From an uncultured Peptococcaceae bacterium (GTDB taxonomy: Bacteria; Bacillota; Dehalobacteriia; UBA4068; UBA4997): 64,000 bases of DNA. Position 1 is the stretch's first letter. Each line of letters starts with the position of its first letter. The stretch spans positions 10,851 to 74,850 of the forward strand of contig CBCTTQ010000004.1 of assembly GCA_965149945.1 (NCBI GenBank), in the 5' to 3' direction. A program made the position numbers and the translations under genes. Of this stretch, positions 1-9,703 are shown piece after piece. A model generated the notes under the pieces. That model was not told the origin of the DNA. It saw nothing but the letters and a program-made list of their open reading frames with translations, and made no database searches.

Positions 1-1
1 G

Positions 2-1033
2 GGTGAATTCTTCGATATGCCCATCGGCACCAACACCCACGGCAAAATCGCTACCGCTCTCAAAATGATGGGCTTTGACGGCGTATTCGATGTGGATACG
101 GCGGCTGACGTAACCATCATGGAAGAAGGTACCGAACTGCTGCACAGATTGGAAAACGGCGGTCCTCTGCCTCTGATTACTTCTTGCTCCCCCGGCTGGA
201 TTAAATTTGCGGAATATTATTATCCGGAATTGTTGGATAACGTTTCTTCCTGCAAATCTCCCCAGGGTATGTACGGCAGCTTGATGAAAACCTATTATGC
301 CGACAAACAAGGTATCGATCCTAAAAACATAGTAGTTGTTTCCGTAATGCCTTGTACCGCTAAGAAATTCGAAGCCGGTCGTGAAGACTTGCGCGTAGAT
401 GGTTTAGATCCCATCGATATTTCTTTGACTTCCAGAGAATTGGCTGATTTAATTCGGAGAATGGGCATCAACTTCGCTCAGTTGGAAGACAGCGAATTCG
501 ACCCCGCTTTCGGCATCGCTTCCGGCGCCGGTCATATTTTCGGTGTTACCGGCGGTGTAATGGAAGCCGCTCTGCGTACGGTAGCAGAAATCGTCAACAA
601 AGAACCTCTGGAAAAATTGGAATTTGAAGAAGTTCGCGGTTTCGAAGGCATCAAAGAAGCCACCATCAAACTGAAAGGATTGGATGTTAATGTGGCGGTA
701 ACTTCCGGTTTAGCCAACGCCCGGAAATTGCTGGATATGGTGAAGAGTGGCGAAAAGAATTATCACTTTATCGAAGTGATGGCTTGTCCCGGCGGCTGTG
801 TAAACGGCGGCGGTCAGCCCATTCAGCCTACTTCTATCACCAACTTTACCGATGTCAGAGAAGCAAGAGCTAAGGGTCTCTATGATTTCGATTCTTCTCT
901 GCCGCTGAGAAAGAGCCATGAAAATCCCGTGGTAAAAGAAATCTATGATACTTATCTGGATGCTCCCGGCAGCGAAAAAGCTCATCATATTTTGCATACT
1001 ACCTATGTAAAACGGGATAAATTCCCGGAATAA
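2..1033 (+). CDS. hydA: [FeFe]-hydrogenase catalytic (H-cluster) domain, C-terminal part; 5' end lies outside the window
   Basis: Frame is open to the window edge. H-cluster motifs MPCTAKKFE (L2) and EVMACPGGCVNGGGQP (L3) are present. L1 reads TSCSPGW rather than the canonical TSCCPxW. Confidence 0.9.
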   Translation, partial: GEFFDMPIGTNTHGKIATALKMMGFDGVFDVDTAADVTIMEEGTELLHRLENGGPLPLITSCSPGWIKFAEYYYPELLDNVSSCKSPQGMYGSLMKTYYADKQGIDPKNIVVVSVMPCTAKKFEAGREDLRVDGLDPIDISLTSRELADLIRRMGINFAQLEDSEFDPAFGIASGAGHIFGVTGGVMEAALRTVAEIVNKEPLEKLEFEEVRGFEGIKEATIKLKGLDVNVAVTSGLANARKLLDMVKSGEKNYHFIEVMACPGGCVNGGGQPIQPTSITNFTDVREARAKGLYDFDSSLPLRKSHENPVVKEIYDTYLDAPGSEKAHHILHTTYVKRDKFPE

Positions 1034-1044
1034 AAAGTTCCGCG

Positions 1045-1080
1045 ACAGGGGACGGCAGGAAAGCCGTCCCCTGTTTTTTT
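1045..1080 (+). terminator. rho-independent terminator of hydA
   Basis: 12-bp GC-rich stem ACAGGGGACGGC/GCCGTCCCCTGT with a 6-nt loop, followed by a T7 tract. Confidence 0.85.
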
Positions 1081-1403
1081 ATGGTGAAATTTACACTGAT
1101 TTAATCGGTGTGATTTTTTTTCTGCGATGATAATAAGAGAGGATAACAAAAGACAAGCCGGAGCAAAAGAGGAAGCAGACGGCAAAACAGTGATTCTGTC
1201 GGAGAAGAAGAAATTTGCAAAGCGTTTACTCGGAAAGAACCTAAGCTCGGAAGAAATTCGTTACGAAGGAAGAAGGAAGAGTACAAGGGCAGTGTGAGAA
1301 AAACAGAAATGGGACGGCGGCGGAAAAACAGATGGAAGAAGAAAGAGCATTGGACGAAACACCGAGAAAACCGCAGTGTCAGGCGAAAAAAATGAAAAGT
1401 CCG

Positions 1404-1432
1404 TTGCTTTTTGAGGTGGAATCGCTTATAAT
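1404..1432 (+). promoter_or_regulatory. sigma-A-type promoter candidate upstream of the RND efflux operon
   Basis: TTGCTT, 17-nt spacer, TATAAT. Confidence 0.5.
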
Positions 1433-1445
1433 AAAATAGTGAAGT

Positions 1446-1461
1446 CCGACCGTTCGGTCGG
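1446..1461 (+). promoter_or_regulatory. inverted repeat just downstream of the -10 (operator candidate, e.g. for the operon's TetR)
   Basis: CCGACCG-TT-CGGTCGG, perfect 7-bp arms. Confidence 0.35.
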
Positions 1462-1770
1462 TCGGTGGAATGGCCTTAACAGGTGTCTGTTAAATGGAAG
1501 ATAGAGGCGCCGAATGTTTTCCGATGCGCGTTTTTAAGAAGCATGAAGGTGTCTGCGTCAGTTTTTCGAAGAAATCTGAGGAAAATAAATCAGAGTCTCA
1601 GCGGATAAGGGTGGCGAGGCGCGAAGAAAATTTCAGAATCGCGAAAATCTGAAAAGTCGAATTGACAACAGACGATGCTTGAGAGTGGCAGGGATTGTTA
1701 CGGCAACAAACCATATAGCCGGGAGAGAAAACGGCGGTTATGCAAGATTGGTGAAGGAGTGGACGAGAGA

Positions 1771-2916
1771 ATGGTAGAAAAGTCGAACCGCAAAAAAATT
1801 GTTATCATCGGGATTATTGTGGTTGTTGTCGCCGCTTTAATCGGATTTCGCATTTATCAAAATGTCAGTCAAACCGCCACGACGGAAGAAACGGAAAGCA
1901 TCGCGGTAGAAACGGCGGCGGTACAAATGGGGACATTGGAAGAAACTACTACTTTAAAAGGTACCCTGGCGGGCGGCCGTGAAGTGGATGTGCCGCCGCA
2001 AATTTCCGGTACCGTGCAAAGTGTTAATGTGGCGGTGGGTGATTATGTCACGGCGGGGCAGACTCTTTGTTCCATTGATAACAGCAATTATCAGTCCAAT
2101 CTCTTGCAGGCGCAGGCCAATTATAACGCGGCTTTGGCCACCGCCAATAACGCGAAAGCTAATTTGGCGAGAATGCAGGCTTTGTATGAAGAAGGGGCTG
2201 TTTCTCTGCAGCAGGTAGAACAAGCACAGCTGGCGGTGGATACTTCCGGTGTGGATGCTGCCGCGGCGCAGGTACAGGCGGCACAGCAACAAATTCAAAA
2301 TTGCGTGGTGACAGCGCCCATCAGCGGCGAAGTGGCGGCGGTCAACGTACAACAGGGCGGCATGGCTGCTTCCGGTGGGGCAGTGGTACGGCTGGTGACG
2401 GTGGATGATGTGAAACTGGTTGCCGATGTGACGGAGAGCAATATCAATCGGGTAAAAGAAGGGGATACGGTTAATGTGAAGATTGAGGCGGCCAGCGAAT
2501 ACGATTTTATCGGCAAGATTACCGGCGTCGCGCCGGCAGCGGACGCCCAAACCAATCTGTATCCGGTGGAAATTACCATCAGCAACGCCAGCGGTTTGTT
2601 GAAACCGGGAATGTTTGCCGAGGCGCAATTGGTGATTAATCGAGTGGATAATGTTCTGATGGTGCCCGCGGAAGCCGTCAATACAGAAAACTGCGTATTT
2701 GTGTTGCAAGCTGATAATACCGTGAAAAAAGTACCGGTGGAAGTGGGGATCAGCAATGAAAATTATGTCGAAATTATTTCCGGTTTGGAGCTGGGACAGT
2801 CTGTGGTGACGACGGGACAGCATCTGCTTTTTGACGGGGCGCCGGTGCGGGATGTGACCGATGTTGTCTCCACGGAAGCAGAACCTGTTGCGTCTGAGCA
2901 AGAAACGGCGAATTAA
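1771..2916 (+). CDS. efflux RND transporter periplasmic adaptor subunit (HlyD/MFP family)
   Basis: N-terminal TM anchor, coiled-coil hairpin (NYQSNLLQAQANYNAALATANNAKANLARMQALYEEGAVS) and beta-barrel region. ATG 1771 is preceded by GAAGGAG. The track ORF starts earlier, at 1675. Confidence 0.9.
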   Translation: MVEKSNRKKIVIIGIIVVVVAALIGFRIYQNVSQTATTEETESIAVETAAVQMGTLEETTTLKGTLAGGREVDVPPQISGTVQSVNVAVGDYVTAGQTLCSIDNSNYQSNLLQAQANYNAALATANNAKANLARMQALYEEGAVSLQQVEQAQLAVDTSGVDAAAAQVQAAQQQIQNCVVTAPISGEVAAVNVQQGGMAASGGAVVRLVTVDDVKLVADVTESNINRVKEGDTVNVKIEAASEYDFIGKITGVAPAADAQTNLYPVEITISNASGLLKPGMFAEAQLVINRVDNVLMVPAEAVNTENCVFVLQADNTVKKVPVEVGISNENYVEIISGLELGQSVVTTGQHLLFDGAPVRDVTDVVSTEAEPVASEQETAN

Positions 2917-2928
2917 CAGGAGGGCGCC

Positions 2929-5900
2929 ATGGGTTTTATTCGCAGTGCTGTGAAACGGCGTGTGACGGTTTCAATGTGTTTTTTTTGCATTGTTCTGTTG
3001 GGTGTCGTTTCTTTCGGAAACATCGGAATGGACCTTTTCCCCGCCATGGAAATGCCCATGACGATGGTGTATACTACCTATACGGGAGCCGGCTCCGAAG
3101 AAGTGGAAAGCATGATTACCGAGCCGCTGGAAGAATCTTTTGCCAGTTTGCAAAATGTGGATTCTATTCAATCCCAATCTTCTTCGGGGCTTTCCGTTGT
3201 CATGGTGAGTTATGATTATGGGACAGATTTGGATTTTGCCAGCTTGAATATGCGAGAGCGGATTGATTTGGTGAAGGATCTGCTGCCGGAAGATGCCGGC
3301 ACCCCTACTATTTATCGCATGTCTGCCGATGCCATGCCGGTGCAGATTATGGCCATCAGCGGCAGCGGCAATTTGGCCGATTTGAAAACTACCGTGGAAA
3401 ATGAAATTGTTCCCGCCATTGAAAGCCAAGACGGTGTGGCTTCGGTGGAAACAGGCGGGGGGCTGACAGAGGCTGTTACCATCGAAATCGATGAAACGGT
3501 TTTGGAAAATTACGGTTTGACCATGGACAACATTGTTTCCACCATTCAAGCGCATAATATTAATTTGGCTGCCGGTTCCATCGTCAGCAACAACAAGGAT
3601 ATGACAATCCGGGTTTTGGGACAGTATGACAGCTTGGCGGATATTGAAAACACCAATATTGTGCTGCCTTCCGGCAAGTCTGTTTTGCTGAAGGATTTGG
3701 CGCGGGTTTCCATTACCACCACCGCCGATGAAATGAAGGTGAGTCGTGACGGCAACGACGCTATTTATCTGTCTGTTACCAAAGCCTCTGATGCCAATAC
3801 GGTTTCCACGACAGAAAATGTCAACGCTGCATTGGCGGAATTGGAACCGACTTTGCCTACGGGGACTACGGTAACGAGTGTTTTGAATCAGGGAGATTAT
3901 ATTACTTCCACCATCGATTCGTTGCGCGACAGTTTGCTGATTGGTTCCGGGTTGGCAATCTTGATTTTGTTGGTTTTCCTGCGCAGTATTCGCAGTACGT
4001 TGATCATTGCTATTTCGATCCCCATTTCTTTGATCAGTACGTTTGTGTTGATGTATTTTACGGGGATGACGATTAACATCATGACCTTGGGCGGTCTTTC
4101 TTTGGGCGCGGGGATGATGGTAGACTGTTCTATTGTTATTTTGGAGAATATTCAGCGGTACATTTCCATGGGTATGAATCGGGAAGAGGCCGCTGTCAAA
4201 GGTACCAAAGAGCTGGTATTGGCGGTGGTTGCTTCCACCTTGACCACGGTCGCGGTTTTTCTGCCGGTAGTATTTATGGGCGGTTTGGTTTCCATGATCT
4301 TTAAGGATTTCGCGTTGACCATCACCTTTGCTTTGATGGCGTCTTTGGTGGTATCTGTGACCCTGGTCCCGATGCTTTCGGCGCAGTTGCTGCGACCGGA
4401 AATTTCCAAAGGGGAAAAATTTGCTGAAAAGAAACCGAGTTTCGTAGTTCGACTGCAGTATAAAGTGGGCGATGGTTATGAAGCTTTGAAACGAAACTAC
4501 CAAAGTTTTTTATCCTGGTCGTTAGACCATCGTAAATCAGTAGTGCTGACCGTTTGTATTTTGTTTTTCGGATCATTGGCCTCTTTGGCAGTAGTGGGAA
4601 TGGAGTTTATTCCCGCGTCAGAAACGGGGCAATTGAGCGTTTCCGTGACGATGGAAGACGGTATTTCCGAGGAAGCCGCCGAAGAAATGGCGGCACAAGC
4701 CGATACCGCTATTCAGGGGGTTTGCGGAGAGGATTTGGTCAGTTCTTTGGTGTTGGTGCAAGATAATACCGCCACCATTTATGTGAACTTACGGGATAAA
4801 GAGGAGCGGCTGCAGTCGGCAAATGCTTATGGGGAGGCTGTGCGCGGCGCCCTGGGGAACATCGCCGGCATCGAATATTCGGTGACGGTGGGTGATATGA
4901 TGACCGGCAGTTTTTCCGGAATGGGCGCTACCGATATAACGATGAATGTCAAAGGGGATGATCTCGATGAGATTGCCGCTATTTGCGATCAAGTAGTGGC
5001 AAAAATGGAAAGCATCCCCGGCGCGCGGGAAATTTCCAGCAGCATCGAAGATTCGGTTCCAGAATTGCATATTCGGGTCAATGATGACAAAGTCGCCGCG
5101 ATGGGACTGACGGTGCCGGCTGTCAGCGCCGCTATCAGCACCTATCTGGACGGCAGTAACGCTTCGTCTTATACCATGGAAGACGGGCGGGAAATTGATG
5201 TTCAGGTGGATTATCAGGAAGACAGCGCTGTCAATACTTATCAGGATTTGTTAAATGTTCCCATCACCACCGCCACTGGCACCACTTATCTGCTGTCTGA
5301 TGTGGCCGATGTAGAAGTAGGAGAAGGACCGGTCAGCATCAACCGCGAGGACTCCAAACGGCTGGCTACGATTACCTGTTCATTGGTGGGTGTAGATTTG
5401 AACACCTATACGGAAGAATTAAATGAATCGTTGAAGGATATTGTGCTGCCCAGCGGGTATGAAATCTATTCCGGCGGGATGTTTGAAGAAATGATGGATT
5501 CCTTTAAAGTACTGGGCTGGGGCGCCGTGTTGGCCATTATTCTGGTTTACATGGTGATGGCGGCGCTTTTTGAGTCTTTTTTGCAGCCGTTCATCATATT
5601 GTTCACCTTGCCGACGGCTTTCATTGGGGTGATGCTGGGGTTGTTGCTTACCGGCACTACTCTGAATGTGGTGACGTTGATCGGGATCGTCATGTTGATC
5701 GGGATTGTGGTTAACAATGGGATTGTGCTAGTAGATTATGTCAACAATCTGCGTAGAGAGGATCCTGAAATGACTTGCAGAGAGGCGCTGATGATTGCGG
5801 GGCCGTTGCGTCTGCGACCCATTTTGATGACGGCGTTGACTACCATTTTGGGAATGATCCCCATGGCGATTTCCCAGGCGGATGGGGCGGAAATGAGTCG

Positions 5901-6144
5901 CGGCATGGCTATTGCCGTCAGCTTCGGTCTCACTGCTTCCACCTTCTTTACACTGATTTTTGTTCCCGTGATTTACAGTATTGTGGATGATCGCAGAAAC
6001 AAAAGCAATCAGAAAGGCACCTACCAAAAATTGAAGAAGCGTTTGACGGAGGAACCGGTACAAGGAGAAGCCCTGATGGCGGAAGCAATCTCTGCGGACA
6101 CGCAAACGGGCGATACAGGTTCTGAATCGACGGCAAGCCCGTAA
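2929..6144 (+). CDS. RND efflux pump permease (AcrB/HAE1-type, 12 TM)
   Basis: 1071 aa with the typical AcrB-like two-fold TM/periplasmic-loop architecture. Immediately follows the MFP gene. Confidence 0.92.
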   Translation: MGFIRSAVKRRVTVSMCFFCIVLLGVVSFGNIGMDLFPAMEMPMTMVYTTYTGAGSEEVESMITEPLEESFASLQNVDSIQSQSSSGLSVVMVSYDYGTDLDFASLNMRERIDLVKDLLPEDAGTPTIYRMSADAMPVQIMAISGSGNLADLKTTVENEIVPAIESQDGVASVETGGGLTEAVTIEIDETVLENYGLTMDNIVSTIQAHNINLAAGSIVSNNKDMTIRVLGQYDSLADIENTNIVLPSGKSVLLKDLARVSITTTADEMKVSRDGNDAIYLSVTKASDANTVSTTENVNAALAELEPTLPTGTTVTSVLNQGDYITSTIDSLRDSLLIGSGLAILILLVFLRSIRSTLIIAISIPISLISTFVLMYFTGMTINIMTLGGLSLGAGMMVDCSIVILENIQRYISMGMNREEAAVKGTKELVLAVVASTLTTVAVFLPVVFMGGLVSMIFKDFALTITFALMASLVVSVTLVPMLSAQLLRPEISKGEKFAEKKPSFVVRLQYKVGDGYEALKRNYQSFLSWSLDHRKSVVLTVCILFFGSLASLAVVGMEFIPASETGQLSVSVTMEDGISEEAAEEMAAQADTAIQGVCGEDLVSSLVLVQDNTATIYVNLRDKEERLQSANAYGEAVRGALGNIAGIEYSVTVGDMMTGSFSGMGATDITMNVKGDDLDEIAAICDQVVAKMESIPGAREISSSIEDSVPELHIRVNDDKVAAMGLTVPAVSAAISTYLDGSNASSYTMEDGREIDVQVDYQEDSAVNTYQDLLNVPITTATGTTYLLSDVADVEVGEGPVSINREDSKRLATITCSLVGVDLNTYTEELNESLKDIVLPSGYEIYSGGMFEEMMDSFKVLGWGAVLAIILVYMVMAALFESFLQPFIILFTLPTAFIGVMLGLLLTGTTLNVVTLIGIVMLIGIVVNNGIVLVDYVNNLRREDPEMTCREALMIAGPLRLRPILMTALTTILGMIPMAISQADGAEMSRGMAIAVSFGLTASTFFTLIFVPVIYSIVDDRRNKSNQKGTYQKLKKRLTEEPVQGEALMAEAISADTQTGDTGSESTASP

Positions 6145-6227
6145 TACGAAGAAAGAAGATATGATTCTGTAGAATAGATCGATTGCGGACGGAAGGAAAA
6201 GAAAAAGGAAGATCGAGAGGTGTTTTG

Positions 6228-7475
6228 ATGGGACGAAATTGGAAAAGATGTTGCGGCTGGTTGTTGATTGTTGCTCTTTGTTTCAGTCTGGGCGCGAATC
6301 CTGCTTGGGCGGACGAGTATGCCACGGGCAATGGACTGGCAGCCGCCAATGAAGAAGAAGCCCTATCCAACCAGGAACGGGTAGAAGGCGATGTGGGAGA
6401 AGACCCCAGCCCCAATCCCGAACCGGTACCGGATCCCTTCTCCGGTGTGATGACATTGGAGTATGCCATGAATACGGCGCTGACCAACAGCAGCGAGGTG
6501 TTGGAAGCGACTAATAATCTGGAGAAGGCAAAAATGGACAAAGAGGAAATTGATAAGGACGCGCAAGATTTTTATGAAGCGATGGGAGAACCGACACCGG
6601 GGAAAATCGAACAGACGGAGTCGTATTACCAGATGCTGATTTACACACCTTCCATGTATGCCAAACAATTGGAAATGGCGGAAGAATCTTATGATCTGGC
6701 TATTGCCTCTTGTAATCTCAGCGTTATTTCCCAATATTACACTATTGCCAGTTACGGCAAAACCGAATCTTACGCGGTGAAGGCTTATCAAAACGCCGTC
6801 AATAGCTACCGCACGGCGGAAGCCAGCTATGCCCAGGGTATGATTGCCCGTGTGGATTTGATGATTGCGGAATTACAGATGGAAACGGCGCATCAGACGG
6901 CGTTGACCGCCAAAGCCAACACCAAAAACGCCAAACGTTCTTTATTGGCTTATTTGGGATTGGATCCCGATATCAATTTTTCTTTGGGTACCCAGATGAG
7001 TTATACGCCGCTGGGTGAAATTGACGCCGACGCGGCGGTGGAAAAATTAATTGCCTACAGCCCCGCGGTGGCCATTGCGAAGACTACCTTTGACATCGCC
7101 GGCATTCAATATGACTGTGACAGCCGGTATTATCTGGACTACTCTTATACGGCGCAGGTGGCGCTGGCGACCTATAAAAATGCGGAAAATGATTATAATA
7201 AAACTTTGTTGGATGCCAGGGCCAATGCTTATAACATGATCGAAACTTTGCAGGACGCGGAAAAACAATACAATACGGCGCTTTCCAGCTTGGACAGTGT
7301 GGAAGAAAGCTATCGCATCGCGAAGCTGCAATATCAGTATGGTTTGATCACTTATAATGATGTTTTAGCGGCGGAAGCGGAAATTTATTCCACAGAAGCC
7401 CAAATTAACCAGGCGCTGATGCAATACAGCATTTACAAAACGGCGCTGGATAATAACCTTATTGTTTCCCAGTAA
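6228..7475 (+). CDS. TolC-family outer-membrane-efflux-protein-like component
   Basis: Signal peptide ending AWA-DE and two long helical repeat halves typical of OEP/TolC. Third gene of the RND operon. ATG 6228 has GAGAGG 7 nt upstream. Confidence 0.75.
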   Translation: MGRNWKRCCGWLLIVALCFSLGANPAWADEYATGNGLAAANEEEALSNQERVEGDVGEDPSPNPEPVPDPFSGVMTLEYAMNTALTNSSEVLEATNNLEKAKMDKEEIDKDAQDFYEAMGEPTPGKIEQTESYYQMLIYTPSMYAKQLEMAEESYDLAIASCNLSVISQYYTIASYGKTESYAVKAYQNAVNSYRTAEASYAQGMIARVDLMIAELQMETAHQTALTAKANTKNAKRSLLAYLGLDPDINFSLGTQMSYTPLGEIDADAAVEKLIAYSPAVAIAKTTFDIAGIQYDCDSRYYLDYSYTAQVALATYKNAENDYNKTLLDARANAYNMIETLQDAEKQYNTALSSLDSVEESYRIAKLQYQYGLITYNDVLAAEAEIYSTEAQINQALMQYSIYKTALDNNLIVSQ

Positions 7476-7511
7476 ACCTGAAGTCAAGCAGTCAATAAAC
7501 AGAGGAACGCC

Positions 7512-8180
7512 ATGAAGGAACAGAAAAGCACATCGAAACAGGAAAAAAAATTGCGAATTTTAATGAGCGCGCAAAAAATATTTCTGGAAAAGGGGTATCA
7601 CAAGACGACCATTGAGGACGTCACGAAACATGCCGGTATCGGTAAAAGTACCTTCTATGAATATTATGACAGTAAGGAGGAAATATTAAAGTTTCTGGTA
7701 GATTTCGTCGGCACTGATTTTTTGACGATGTTGAATCGAGAGCTGCGCGCCTGTGCTACTGCTCGCGCTAAGGTGCAGCGGTTGGTATACTGTTGCTTGC
7801 TGGTGTCCGGTTTGAATCATGACGGTGTCAATCTTTACGGTTCTCTTTTGATGAATCTTTCCATACGGGAATTTTCCGCCTATTTTCAGGAAAAATTTTG
7901 GAGTGTGTTTCAGGCGATGGTACGCAATATTTTAATCGCGGGGATGAACGAAGGGGAAATTCGAGAGGAAGACGCCGATTTGCTGACGTTGATGCTGTTG
8001 GGAATGATCTGCGGTTTGATGGGAAACGGCAGCTGCCGAGAGATTTCTCCTTTTGCTCCGGAAGCGCCTTCTGAAAAATCCTCTGTTTGCGGTTTACGCC
8101 ATTTGCCGGAAAATGAATTCTTGCGTAAACGCGCGATGTTGATGACCGATCTTTTTTTTGAGGGCGTTGCGGACCATTGA
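7512..8180 (+). CDS. TetR/AcrR family transcriptional regulator
   Basis: N-terminal HTH KIFLEKGYHKTTIEDVTKHAGIGKSTFYEYYDSKEEIL. Confidence 0.9.
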   Translation: MKEQKSTSKQEKKLRILMSAQKIFLEKGYHKTTIEDVTKHAGIGKSTFYEYYDSKEEILKFLVDFVGTDFLTMLNRELRACATARAKVQRLVYCCLLVSGLNHDGVNLYGSLLMNLSIREFSAYFQEKFWSVFQAMVRNILIAGMNEGEIREEDADLLTLMLLGMICGLMGNGSCREISPFAPEAPSEKSSVCGLRHLPENEFLRKRAMLMTDLFFEGVADH

Positions 8181-8189
8181 ATAAAAAAA

Positions 8190-8222
8190 CAGAAAACCAC
8201 GGTTTCGGTTTTCTGTTTTTTG
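8190..8222 (+). terminator. rho-independent terminator of the efflux operon
   Basis: Stem CAGAAAACC/GGTTTTCTG followed by a T tract. Confidence 0.8.
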
Positions 8223-8265
8223 TTTGCGCTCCCGCATTCTTTCTCTGAATTTTCTCTGAACGCTA

Positions 8266-8294
8266 TTGGCGAGACGGGGAAAATATGATATAAT
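8266..8294 (+). promoter_or_regulatory. sigma-A-type promoter candidate for the SLH-protein gene
   Basis: TTGGCG, 17-nt spacer, TATAAT. Confidence 0.5.
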
Positions 8295-8369
8295 TAATCA
8301 GATAAGATCATGGGAATTTTTGCTTTCTATGTTGGTTGTATCGTGATAGTTACGGAAAGAAGGGATACG

Positions 8370-9659
8370 ATGAAAAAAAGAACCAAGTTGACTCTTGTAA
8401 TCGCGTTGGCAATGTTAATCAGTTTGTTCGCTGTTTTACCGGCTTTTGCCGCCGCTTCGGTGAACATTACGAAAAACGCGGTGGAACAGTCCAAAATTGA
8501 TATCGGGAATCTTGATTTAACCAGTTATACCCGTACCCACACCATTACCATTGACGCGGATGCTTTGCGGGCGGCGGAAAAACTGGGAGAAACCTTCCAA
8601 ATCACCATGGAAAATATTACGTTGCGCTTTGCTCCGGAAGTGTTCTATACGGAAGACTACCTGTCGGCGGTGAATCGGGGCGGTTTTGTCCAGGTAAAAC
8701 TGGAGGTTCAGACGAAAAAAAGTTTCGACATGGGAAAATATTTTTTCTCCGGTGTAAACAATAACTATATGCTGGCGCCGCGGAATACCACCTTGGCAGG
8801 GGAAATTCTGGTCTCCGGGGTGAAAGTCGCCGATCTCCATCAGTTTGCCGCTCCTATTTCCTTTATCCAGGATTATACGGAAGATTGGAACAGCAATTTT
8901 ACCGGTAAAAAAGAAAGCGGCGTGACGCTGGCTTGGTATGATTTAGAGAGAAAAATGACCGTCGGCACCCCGCAGTGGGTTCGTCTGGATACTCAATTGG
9001 ATACCGCGGAAAATATCGCCACTGCCGCGAATATCTATGCCTCCGGGATCATTGTACCCATCATTTGTCCGGATTTGAATAATGAAACAAACAGCGCCGT
9101 TCCCGATGAGCCTTCTTCGATTCCGTCTGATTTTTGGGCGAGGGAAGATATTTTGGCGATGCAGCGGGCGGGCATTGTGCCTGCGGATATCGCCGCGGAA
9201 CGCTTAAACCGCCCCATCGATCGCGATGAGTTTGTCGGTTATTTTGTACGGACGATCGGCTTGGCGATTTCCACAGCCGGGGATAATCCTTTTACGGATT
9301 TATCGGCGTCCAATCCTTATTACGGCAGTATTTTGTCCGCGGCGGAAGCCGGGCTGGTAAACGGTACCGGCGGTAATACTTTCTCCCCCGATGCATCCAT
9401 TACCCGTCAGGAGATGGCGGCGCTTTTCTCTCGGGCCTTGGCGCGAGACGGCATTGTGACAGATTCTTCTTCGGAACGGTTGGAACAGATGACCGATGCT
9501 TCGCGGATTAGCGACTGGGCGTGGGAAGCTTGCGCCATTGCCGTGAACCGGGGATTGATTACCGGTTATGGCGGCGCGGATGGAACGCGCTTCGCTCCGG
9601 AATCTGAAACCACTTGGGCAGAAGCTGTTGTGATGTTGAATCGTTTGCGGACAGTGTGA
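8370..9659 (+). CDS. secreted cell-wall protein with three C-terminal S-layer-homology (SLH) domains; N-terminal domain of unknown function
   Basis: Signal peptide MKKRTKLTLVIALAMLISLFAVLPAFAAAS. SLH-like repeats: FWAREDILAMQRAGIV; FTDL..YYGSILSAAEAGLVNG..GNTFSPDASITRQEMAALFSRAL; ISDWAWEACAIAVNRGLITGYG. Confidence 0.8.
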   Translation: MKKRTKLTLVIALAMLISLFAVLPAFAAASVNITKNAVEQSKIDIGNLDLTSYTRTHTITIDADALRAAEKLGETFQITMENITLRFAPEVFYTEDYLSAVNRGGFVQVKLEVQTKKSFDMGKYFFSGVNNNYMLAPRNTTLAGEILVSGVKVADLHQFAAPISFIQDYTEDWNSNFTGKKESGVTLAWYDLERKMTVGTPQWVRLDTQLDTAENIATAANIYASGIIVPIICPDLNNETNSAVPDEPSSIPSDFWAREDILAMQRAGIVPADIAAERLNRPIDRDEFVGYFVRTIGLAISTAGDNPFTDLSASNPYYGSILSAAEAGLVNGTGGNTFSPDASITRQEMAALFSRALARDGIVTDSSSERLEQMTDASRISDWAWEACAIAVNRGLITGYGGADGTRFAPESETTWAEAVVMLNRLRTV

Positions 9660-9703
9660 TAAAGGATAGGGATAAAGTCCCGAAAACCAACAGAAAGGAA
9701 TTA

